Shown here in pieces: positions 57,065 through 64,000 of a stretch of DNA of 64,000 nucleotides (within the stretch, counting starts at the first letter, position 1; each line of letters begins with the position of its first letter). The notes beneath the pieces were generated by a model. It was not told the origin of the DNA and did no database searches. It worked only from the letters and a program-made list of their open reading frames with translations. The DNA comes from Myxococcales bacterium (GTDB taxonomy: Bacteria; Desulfobacterota; Binatia; HRBIN30). Location: the NCBI GenBank assembly GCA_037445065.1, contig JBBILD010000004.1:1-64000 (forward strand), in the 5' to 3' direction. A program made the position numbers and the translations under genes.

Positions 57065-57227
57065 ACGATGGACAAGGCAGCCCGAAGTCCGGGCAACTCG
57101 CGCTCTAACGGCGGCACGGAAGGGTTGAGCCACGGTGACCCCAGGGGAAAGTCTGGGCCCTCGTGCCGCGACAAGCGCAAGCAAGGTTCGAAGTGGGCCC
57201 TCCCCCGGGCCTTGTGCGAACCATCGT
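57065..57227 (+). ncRNA. Candidate rod-like structured RNA, family unknown
   Basis: Nested pairings ACGATGG/CCATCGT, ACAAGGC/GCCTTGT, GCGCT/AGCGC, GCGGCACG/CGTGCCGC, CCCAGG/TCTGGG. Confidence 0.3.
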
Positions 57228-57443
57228 TGGAGGACCGAGATGTGAGTGCGACCGCGGTTGCACGGGAGCGTACCGCCGAGGGTTGCCTGGTCGCTGTTCG
57301 TGATTCGCCTGTGCTGGCCAAAAGGCTCCTGGGTGCCGTGCGCGCTTGGCCAAAAACGATCGCCTGCGCGCCTCCGCCTCTGGCGGCTTCTTAGGGGCCG
57401 TCTGGTTGGGACCTAGGGGGTTCGCGCATGAATCCGCGGCGCA

Positions 57444-58184
57444 CTAACCGCGCCCCCTCGGGAGTATGGTCACGGTGTCCTGGGGGGGCGAATTGACGAA
57501 TCGCGCCGCGCGTATGCGGCCGATGCTATGCAGGCCGGCCCACAGGAGGAGACCAGCGAGCAGAAGAATCGCCCGTCCGCCAAGGGCCGGTGCAGGAAGC
57601 GCTGGGGTGAAGCTGAGATCGTCAAAGCCTTCTGGTTCTGTGGTCGTTTGAAACAAGGCGTAGCGAAACGGCACTCCGCCAAGATTCACCACGAGCGTGT
57701 CCGCCGGGGCGCTGGTCGCATTGTCGAAGCCCGCAGCAATGCCGATCACTTGAAACTCGTTCGGGTTGGCCGTTGGCCTCAACGCAAGCAAGCGCACCAC
57801 TTCGGCCGATTCGGGAAAGAAGTGATCGGTTCGCAGGCTGACTTCGGTGACCGGCGCACTGAACCCGATCAGCAAATCGTTGAGCCCCGCAAGATGCGCG
57901 GTGACAAAATTCGGAGGAGACACGGCGTTTGCGGGTTGCGCAAAGACGTCGAACTGGGGATCCGGACTTGCCAAGGTGACCGTGCCACCAAGCGTCACTG
58001 TGTTTGGGATGTTCCCGGTGGTGAACGTGACTCCCTGCGCCACGAGCGCATTCCCTGGCTGCGTCCCCGCCGTAAGGGTGTCGAAGTGGATCGTCACCGC
58101 GAAAACCTGCCCGCTAAGCGCGGCCAGACTGCAGGCGGCCAGGAGACAGCGGGCCGCTGCCAGCCCCCAAAACCTCGTGCCCAT
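57444..58184 (-). CDS. Secreted beta-rich protein with IPTL/PEP-CTERM-like sorting tail
   Basis: Signal peptide; TIHFD...FDDLSF; PAPALGG plus TM plus basic residues. Confidence 0.7.
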   Translation of the reverse strand: MGTRFWGLAAARCLLAACSLAALSGQVFAVTIHFDTLTAGTQPGNALVAQGVTFTTGNIPNTVTLGGTVTLASPDPQFDVFAQPANAVSPPNFVTAHLAGLNDLLIGFSAPVTEVSLRTDHFFPESAEVVRLLALRPTANPNEFQVIGIAAGFDNATSAPADTLVVNLGGVPFRYALFQTTTEPEGFDDLSFTPALPAPALGGRAILLLAGLLLWAGLHSIGRIRAARFVNSPPQDTVTILPRGRG

Positions 58185-58584
58185 TGCCCGCCCTCCTTTC
58201 GCAGAGCCAAGAAAGCCTACCACGAACGGGTGGTGGCTTTCAAGTGGAAAGGCGCTGGGCTTTTCGACTACTGAATTGCCACGAAGGGCAAGAGAGGGGT
58301 TTCGAGGACTCTGACTGAGTGTTTCCGGCCGCGATCGCTCACTGCGCGTGTCGGCGCGGCGGTGCGCACCGGCAGCGCTCGCTGGGTGACCACTCGTTCT
58401 GATCCCCGCATACCCTCCAGCAGGAAGCTCCCGCGGTTTGCAACCCCGTGCGAGCGTGGCTGCCTGCGCGTTTGGGGCTTAGTCGTGCTTGGGCCCATCC
58501 GCAGCGGGAGGCTTTGGGTGCAGGTGAAGCCACACCGGTGTGCCTTGGCTTGCGCTTCTGTTGGCAACAAGGGAGAGATTGGGC

Positions 58585-59082
58585 ATGACTCCGTTACGAG
58601 TTGCTCTACAGTTTGGGTCGGGAAGCCACGGCCAAACCTTTGCCGAGCTACCGGCCGAGCTACGTGACCGCATCGCTGCTCGCTTCAACGAGGACAACCG
58701 GTTTTTCCCCGGGCACTTAGGGCTCCGGGTTGTTGACTTGCGCCAAGGCTACGCGCGGCTCGAGGTAGAGAATCGCCAGCACTTGATGCAGCCAGCTGGG
58801 GTGATGCACGGCGGGGCGAGTTTTGGCCTGGCAGACACCGCGGTGGCGGCAGCGCTCGCCACCTTGTATCCCGAGGGCACGTTGCTGCTCACCATCGAGA
58901 TGAAAATCAATTACTTGGAACCCATCCCGGCAGGAGTCGTCACCGCGGAGGCGTTCGTCTTGCGCGCCAGTAAGCGCAGCGCATACGCCGAGGTGGATAT
59001 CTGGGCAGCCGGGAAGCTCGCCGCACGCGCATCCACCACGTATATGATCCGGGCGGCCAACGAACGCGGAGCACCGAGCTAG
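58585..59082 (+). CDS. PaaI-family thioesterase
   Basis: LMQPAGVMHGGASFGLADTA; TIEMKINYL. Confidence 0.9.
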   Translation: MTPLRVALQFGSGSHGQTFAELPAELRDRIAARFNEDNRFFPGHLGLRVVDLRQGYARLEVENRQHLMQPAGVMHGGASFGLADTAVAAALATLYPEGTLLLTIEMKINYLEPIPAGVVTAEAFVLRASKRSAYAEVDIWAAGKLAARASTTYMIRAANERGAPS

Positions 59083-59170
59083 CGAGTGCGAGCAGCAGTG
59101 AATTTTACGCACTGCGTCGGCGTCCATGGCTGGCACCGAAACAGACGGTGTGGGAACGAGGAAAGGACTC

Positions 59171-59311
59171 ATGGACGGGAAACTGACTCTGTACGACGTG
59201 GTGCGCGTGATTCAGGACCTCGCTCGCTCGGACCACGAAGTGGTTGCGGTGTTGTGGCACATGCTGCGAACGCGCAAGTTGCGCTTCGCGCGCCCGCTGC
59301 TCTCCTGGTAA
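59171..59311 (+). CDS. Small hypothetical protein (46 aa)
   Basis: AAGGA RBS; MDGKLTLYDVVRVIQDLARSDHEVVAVLWHMLRTRKLRF, amphipathic helical pattern. Confidence 0.6.
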   Translation: MDGKLTLYDVVRVIQDLARSDHEVVAVLWHMLRTRKLRFARPLLSW

Positions 59312-59358
59312 ACGCTTCTGCTTGGAAGGGGAACGGGCGGCTGCTACGGCTGGCGACC

Positions 59359-59943
59359 GTGTGCTCGCGAAGGCTGTGGTTGGCGCTTGCCCTGGCATGT
59401 GCGGCTCCGCTCCTCAGCCTACCTGTGCGCGCGGGCGCCCTGGTGGTGGTGCAGCGCGATTTCGCGCAGCTAGTGTCAGGCGCCGAACAAGTGGTGGAAG
59501 GCACAGTGGTGGCGGTCGAAGAGGCACCCGACGCAAGCGGGATTCAGCGCACGCTCGTGACCCTGGCGGATCTGCTGGTCTTGAAAGGGCAGGTGGCTGG
59601 GGACCGTTTTGTGCTCGACGTCGCCGGCGGCGAGAAGGGCGGCCTGCGTTCTTCCGTCCTCGATCTTCCGGAGCTGCGTTTGGGTGAGCGTTACGTGCTG
59701 TTCGTAGCGGCCAATGGGCGGGCCGTGTTTCCGGTGGTGGGAGTGTGGCAAGGTGTGTTTCGCGTCGTGCGAGATGACGAGCGGCAAGCCGAGGTCGTGA
59801 CCACGTACGACGGCAGCGCGGTGACCGGACGCGCCGGCAGGAATCTCCTCCGCCGCAGGCAGCCTCGTGGCGGTGAGAAAGCCGTCTCCGTGCAAGAGTT
59901 TCGTAACTGGGTGTTGGAGGAGGCGTCATCGCCAAGCCGATGA
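59359..59943 (+). CDS. Secreted hypothetical protein resembling the N-terminal (pro)domain found with matrixin proteases
   Basis: LV..AE.VVEGTV...RTLVT...VLKG...AGG...PEL..GERYVLFV. 4-bp overlap with the protease. Start uncertain. Confidence 0.65.
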   Translation: MCSRRLWLALALACAAPLLSLPVRAGALVVVQRDFAQLVSGAEQVVEGTVVAVEEAPDASGIQRTLVTLADLLVLKGQVAGDRFVLDVAGGEKGGLRSSVLDLPELRLGERYVLFVAANGRAVFPVVGVWQGVFRVVRDDERQAEVVTTYDGSAVTGRAGRNLLRRRQPRGGEKAVSVQEFRNWVLEEASSPSR

Positions 59944-60836
59944 AATCTTGGCAGGGATCCCTCTTCCTGGTGCTGCTGTTGGCGAGCGCCTCACCGAGCG
60001 AAGCGTGGGACTGCATCCGCACGCGCCGGGGGGATGCTGCGAGTCCGTGCGTGCGCTGGCGCAGCTCGCCCGTGGTGGTGCGTTCGTTTTTGGGGAGCCC
60101 ACCGCGCTCACTGGCCAATGGCACACGGACGTGGGACGACAATGCGGTGCTGGCAGCCGAGGAGTGGAACGGCCTCGGCGGCCCGGTCCGCATCTCGCTC
60201 GAGATCGGTGGCACGTTCCGCTCGCCCTGTGGTGCACAAGGGCCCCGGCATGCCTGTGACAACACGGGGCCAGCAGGAGACAATCCCATCCTGTTCGCCA
60301 ACGACTTCTGCGGGCGTGATTTTGGCGACATCATCCAGCTTACCAACAACTGCTTCCGCCCAGATACAGGCGAGATGATTGCGGCGCCGGTGTTCATCAA
60401 CGCCGGAGTTCTGTGGAATGCCTATGATGGGCCCATCCGCTTCGACCTCTCCACTGGCACCCCCGTACCTGTCTACGACATCCGACGCGTGTTGCTGCAC
60501 GAACTCGGGCATGTGTTGGGCCTTGCTCATCCGGACGAAGCGGTGCCGCCGCAGCAGGTCACTGCCATCATGAATTCCCGGGTCAGTGGCATTGACCGCC
60601 TGCAGCCGGACGACATCAACGGGTACTTTTCCATCTATGGCAGTGGCCCTCCCGGCCCTGCCCCCTCGCCTTCCCAAGGCTGCATGCTGGTGGCCCCGTC
60701 CGGGCAGCTTCCGGCCCCCTTGTGGATCCTTCTTTTCCTCGCTGGACTGCGACTCAGGCGCTCCGCCGGGATGAAGAAAACCGGGACCACGGGGAAAGTC
60801 CAAAGCCAAGGGCCCTCTGCCTGCCGGTCGCTTTAG
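59940..60836 (+). CDS. Matrixin-family metalloprotease with MYXO-CTERM-like tail
   Basis: HELGHVLGLAH, AIM Met-turn, LQPDDING; C-terminal GC...TM...RRS. Confidence 0.82.
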   Translation: MKSWQGSLFLVLLLASASPSEAWDCIRTRRGDAASPCVRWRSSPVVVRSFLGSPPRSLANGTRTWDDNAVLAAEEWNGLGGPVRISLEIGGTFRSPCGAQGPRHACDNTGPAGDNPILFANDFCGRDFGDIIQLTNNCFRPDTGEMIAAPVFINAGVLWNAYDGPIRFDLSTGTPVPVYDIRRVLLHELGHVLGLAHPDEAVPPQQVTAIMNSRVSGIDRLQPDDINGYFSIYGSGPPGPAPSPSQGCMLVAPSGQLPAPLWILLFLAGLRLRRSAGMKKTGTTGKVQSQGPSACRSL

Positions 60837-61693
60837 CCGAGGTACGCGATCAGCCCGCTGCCGGTGGCAATGACGGCGGCGCCGGCGATGCGGTAGCGAC
60901 TTTCACCTTCGTGCAGCACGAGACGCGCTAGGAGGACTCCGAACACGATGCTGCTTTGGCGCAAGCCGAGCACATAGCTCGCCGGAGCGCTCGCCAGGGC
61001 CCACAAGATAAGGAGATACGAAAAGCCCCCGAGTGCTCCGGTAAGAACCATGCGGGTGGAGTTTGCCGTCCACGCGGCTCGCAGGCGTGCAAATGCGGAG
61101 CGTCTGAGCAGCACGGCGATCACGCAGGCCTCACCCAAGCCGAGGAAATACAAGAAGACGATCGGGTGCAGGGCGCGCACCCCTTGTTTGTCGATCACCG
61201 TGAACAAGGCGACAAAGCACGCGGTCAGCAGCGCATAGCGGGTCACCGGGCTGGTCAGCGTGGCGAGCCATCCGTGGCGACGAAGCGAGGGAAGCTGCAG
61301 GAGCAGTGCTCCGCTTCCTGCGAGCAACACTCCGGCAAGACCCGCACTGCTGATCGGCTCGCGTACCACCAGCCCATCCCACAACGCGAGCAACACCGGG
61401 GCAGTGCGGCTGAGCGGGTAGGCGACCGAGAAGTCGCCCGCATCGTAGGCCTTGAGCAGGTATACAGCGTAGGCAGCGTGGGAGAGGGCAGAGAGGGCGA
61501 TCCAGGGAATGGCGGCCGCTGGGAGCCCGTGCCGATGAAGAAACCACGCAGCAAGGGGCCCGTACAGCACCGCCATGACCATGCCTTGGCCGAGGAAGAA
61601 AGCCCAGCGGTCCGCGCTCCCCTTGTTGAACAGGTTCCAGAGTGCGTGCAGAAAGGAGGAACACAAGACCGCGGCTAAGGCATCGCCCGCCAT
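60833..61693 (-). CDS. DMT/EamA-family transporter
   Basis: HALWN, AY..GDFSVAYPLSR, LRQSSI; about 10 TM segments. Confidence 0.88.
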   Translation of the reverse strand: MAGDALAAVLCSSFLHALWNLFNKGSADRWAFFLGQGMVMAVLYGPLAAWFLHRHGLPAAAIPWIALSALSHAAYAVYLLKAYDAGDFSVAYPLSRTAPVLLALWDGLVVREPISSAGLAGVLLAGSGALLLQLPSLRRHGWLATLTSPVTRYALLTACFVALFTVIDKQGVRALHPIVFLYFLGLGEACVIAVLLRRSAFARLRAAWTANSTRMVLTGALGGFSYLLILWALASAPASYVLGLRQSSIVFGVLLARLVLHEGESRYRIAGAAVIATGSGLIAYLG

Positions 61694-61745
61694 GGCGCCC
61701 TGCTAAGCTGGCAAGCCGCGTCTTGCAATGGAAGGGAGCGAGCCG

Positions 61746-62192
61746 ATGAAGGACGCACAAAACCAAGGGCGGCAGGGGGCACCGCCGGTCGTTCGGATCA
61801 CGGCGCTGGACCACTTCGTGTTGCGCGTGCGCGAACTCGAACCTGCGCTCGAGTTTTATCGCGACACGCTCGGCCTGCCGGTGCGTTTTCTCGAAGAATA
61901 CGAGGCCGGGCAGCGCCCGTTCGTGTCGGTGTGCATCGGGGACCAACTCCTGGATCTGGTGCCGGACTCCACCTTTTCGTCTGCGCAACCGGATCGCAGC
62001 AGCGGCTTCCTGCATTTTTGCGTGCGGATCGCCGAGCGCTTGGAAGACGTCGTGCCGCGGCTCAAAGAACGCGGGGTTGCTTTGCTCGAGGAAACCCCCG
62101 TACTGCGCATGGGTGCTGCCGGTATGGGACGCTCGCTCTACGTGCGCGATCCAGACGGCTACGTGGTGGAACTCAAGGAGGACAGAGCGTGA
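61746..62192 (+). CDS. VOC/glyoxalase family protein
   Basis: LDHFVLRV, FYRDTLG, HFC, SLYVRDPDGYVVEL. Confidence 0.9.
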   Translation: MKDAQNQGRQGAPPVVRITALDHFVLRVRELEPALEFYRDTLGLPVRFLEEYEAGQRPFVSVCIGDQLLDLVPDSTFSSAQPDRSSGFLHFCVRIAERLEDVVPRLKERGVALLEETPVLRMGAAGMGRSLYVRDPDGYVVELKEDRA

Positions 62193-63556
62193 GGCTGGCG
62201 CGCGTCAGTCTTTGGGTGTTGCTTTGCTGCGCCGCCGCTGGATCCGCTCAGCCTGCCCCGAAGCCATTGGCAGACGAAGCCTCGGACCTGCTCCGCCAAT
62301 ATTTGCGAATCGATACGACCAACCCACCGGGAACCGAACTGCCAGCCGCCCAGTTCTGGTACGAACACTTCCGAGCCAACGGCATCGAATCCTATTTGTT
62401 CGAGCCTGTTCCCGGCCGAGCAGGCGTGTGGGCCCGCCTGCCGGGCAAAAAGCGCGGCGCTTTGGTGTTGCTCCATCACCTGGATGTTGTGCCCGCGCGT
62501 GCCGAGGACTGGAGGCACCCGCCGTTTGCCGCCGTGGAGGACAACGGCTTCATTTACGGGCGCGGTGCCCTTGATGCCAAGGGCTTGGGCACGGTGCAAG
62601 CGCTCGCCCTTCTGACCTTGCGCCGGCAGGGCATAGTTCCGCCGCGCGACATGATTTTCTTGGCGACCCCGGATGAAGAGACCGGCGGGCGGCTGGGCGC
62701 GGGCTGGTTCGTGGAACAGCGACTGAGCGAACTCGGGCCGATTGCATTCGTGCTGAACGAAGGGGGACACATTCGCCCTGCTGCTTCGGGTCGACTGGCC
62801 TTCGAAGTTGCAGTATCCGAAAAAGTCCCTTTGTGGCTTCGCTTGACGGCGACCGGCAAAGCAGGGCACGGCTCGGTTCCTCCCCCTGACACTGCCGTGA
62901 CCCGCTTGATTGACGCTTTGGCCCGTCTCCAGCACCGGCCGCGAACCTGGCGCGTTGTCGAACCGGTGCAGGCGTACTTTGCAGCACTGGCCCCGCTCCA
63001 GGTCGGGACGCAACGCGAAGCATTCCTGGACTTGCGCCGCGCACTGCAGGACGACGAGTTTCGCGCCCAATTCCTGCTCGACCCGACCCAATCTGCACTG
63101 GTGCACGACACCTGCACGCCGACGGTGCTGGCGGCGAGCGAAAAGACGAACGTAATCCCAGCTACTGCCAGCGCTGAGGTGGACTGTCGCTTGCTCCCGA
63201 ACACGGATGCAGACCAGTTTTTGGAGGAACTACAGGGGCTCCTGAAGGAATCCGGCGTGCACGTGGAGGTCCTGTTGCGCTTTGCACCGTCGGCGTCGCC
63301 CGCCGACACTGAGCTGTTCCACGCTCTTCAGTCGGTGGCGGAGCGCGAGGGAGGAGTTGTGGTGCCGAGCGTGCTGGCGGGCTTCACCGACAGCCATTAC
63401 TTCCGCGAGCGCGGCATTCCCACGTACGGCTTTGCTCCGTTCGTGCTCACCGATGCGGAACGGCGTACGGTGCACGGCGCGAACGAGCGGATCAGCGTGG
63501 ACAATCTGCGCGCCGGTACCGAGCGCTTGGTGGCGCTCATTCGGGCTCTACCGTGA
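62189..63556 (+). CDS. M20/M25/M40-family metallohydrolase
   Basis: IDTTNPPG.E, HHLDVVPA, GRGALDAK, PDEETGG, NEGG, GFTDS, VHGANE. Confidence 0.9.
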   Translation: MRLARVSLWVLLCCAAAGSAQPAPKPLADEASDLLRQYLRIDTTNPPGTELPAAQFWYEHFRANGIESYLFEPVPGRAGVWARLPGKKRGALVLLHHLDVVPARAEDWRHPPFAAVEDNGFIYGRGALDAKGLGTVQALALLTLRRQGIVPPRDMIFLATPDEETGGRLGAGWFVEQRLSELGPIAFVLNEGGHIRPAASGRLAFEVAVSEKVPLWLRLTATGKAGHGSVPPPDTAVTRLIDALARLQHRPRTWRVVEPVQAYFAALAPLQVGTQREAFLDLRRALQDDEFRAQFLLDPTQSALVHDTCTPTVLAASEKTNVIPATASAEVDCRLLPNTDADQFLEELQGLLKESGVHVEVLLRFAPSASPADTELFHALQSVAEREGGVVVPSVLAGFTDSHYFRERGIPTYGFAPFVLTDAERRTVHGANERISVDNLRAGTERLVALIRALP

Positions 63557-64000
63557 GCCGTCCGTCGTCGAGCGGCCGACACGGCTCTGCGAGCGCTCGC
63601 CGCGACCATCGCTCTTTCGCAGTTCACGCAGGGCTTCGATCCACGCTGCGCACAGCAGCGGGAAGAGAATCTCGTGGTGGCCGGTGATGTGGTAACCGCG
63701 CCCATCGGGCTGGGTAGGACGTTGCAGGACGTTCATTTGCGGCCGGTAGTGGCGCAGAAAATCCAAGTTGACGGTCAGCAGCTTGCGGGTGCGGTAGCCG
63801 AGGTTGCGCGCCAAGCTCACTGCTTTGACAAAGACCTCGGGGAGGATCACCGCCGAGCCCAGGAGGAGAAACGCACCTCCCTCCAGGGATGCGGCCAGGC
63901 GCACCAACGTGTGAAAGTCAGCCAGGCTGGCGCGTCCGATCGCGGCTCCGTCCGCACTGGGGTGCATGTGAACAATATCGGTCCCGATGGCCACGTGCAC
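63548..64000 (-). CDS. Conserved hypothetical protein, possibly deoxyhypusine-synthase-like fold; 3' part only
   Basis: HVAIGTDIVHMHP, GSAVILPEVF.KA, HYRP..NV..RP, GHHEI.FPLL. Open at the right edge. Confidence 0.65.
   Translation of the reverse strand: MHVAIGTDIVHMHPSADGAAIGRASLADFHTLVRLAASLEGGAFLLLGSAVILPEVFVKAVSLARNLGYRTRKLLTVNLDFLRHYRPQMNVLQRPTQPDGRGYHITGHHEILFPLLCAAWIEALRELRKSDGRGERSQSRVGRSTTDGSR

Noticed and set aside
57143..57165. RNase P-like GGGGAAAGTCTGGGC
   Set aside because: The other universal RNase P regions, including the 3' AGAACCCGGCTTA-like segment, were not found.
1..64000. Many long antisense or alternate-frame ORFs (e.g. 9505-11199, 18355-19986, 43384-44925, 48447-50474) and long N-terminal extensions in the ORF track
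   Set aside because: They are shadows of real genes in GC-rich DNA with no motifs; starts were trimmed to RBS-supported codons.
1..64000. tRNA, rRNA, tmRNA, integrase or transposase genes
   Set aside because: The GGTTCGA occurrences lack cloverleaf context, and no recombinase or transposase motifs were recognised.

Overview
GC-rich bacterial chromosomal window. The repeated Cys-bounded dockerin/EF-hand-like module (CxGDCxGDGxVTIDE...GC) suggests Candidatus Binatia/Binatota; this is inference only. The left edge is a rearranged type I-G/I-U CRISPR-Cas locus. It holds an apparently intact cas3 running off the window (absent from the ORF track), a deletion scar fusing the N-terminus of a second cas3 to the C-terminus of csb2, and a TIGR02710-type CARF-HEPN effector; no CRISPR array is visible. 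Housekeeping blocks include maf-yggS-proC-ggt, rtcB-archease, nadK-recN and leuA-leuB-(asd-like)-truA with a leucine attenuator. Three GTAG-type REP clusters are present. The best candidate for an undescribed system spans about 27.8-39.5 kb. It is a divergent locus with a TonB-dependent receptor, TonB/ExbB/2xExbD, a dockerin-tagged beta-helix protein, three secreted proteins sharing a cohesin-like domain, three 11-bp-periodic pho-box-like arrays, and a receiver-less PhoB-type DNA-binding protein. Other observations are two candidate structured RNAs, an orphan Mtd/FGE-type lectin-fold gene, an Asd-like pseudoenzyme and a compensated double frameshift. All family calls come from motif recognition, not database searches.
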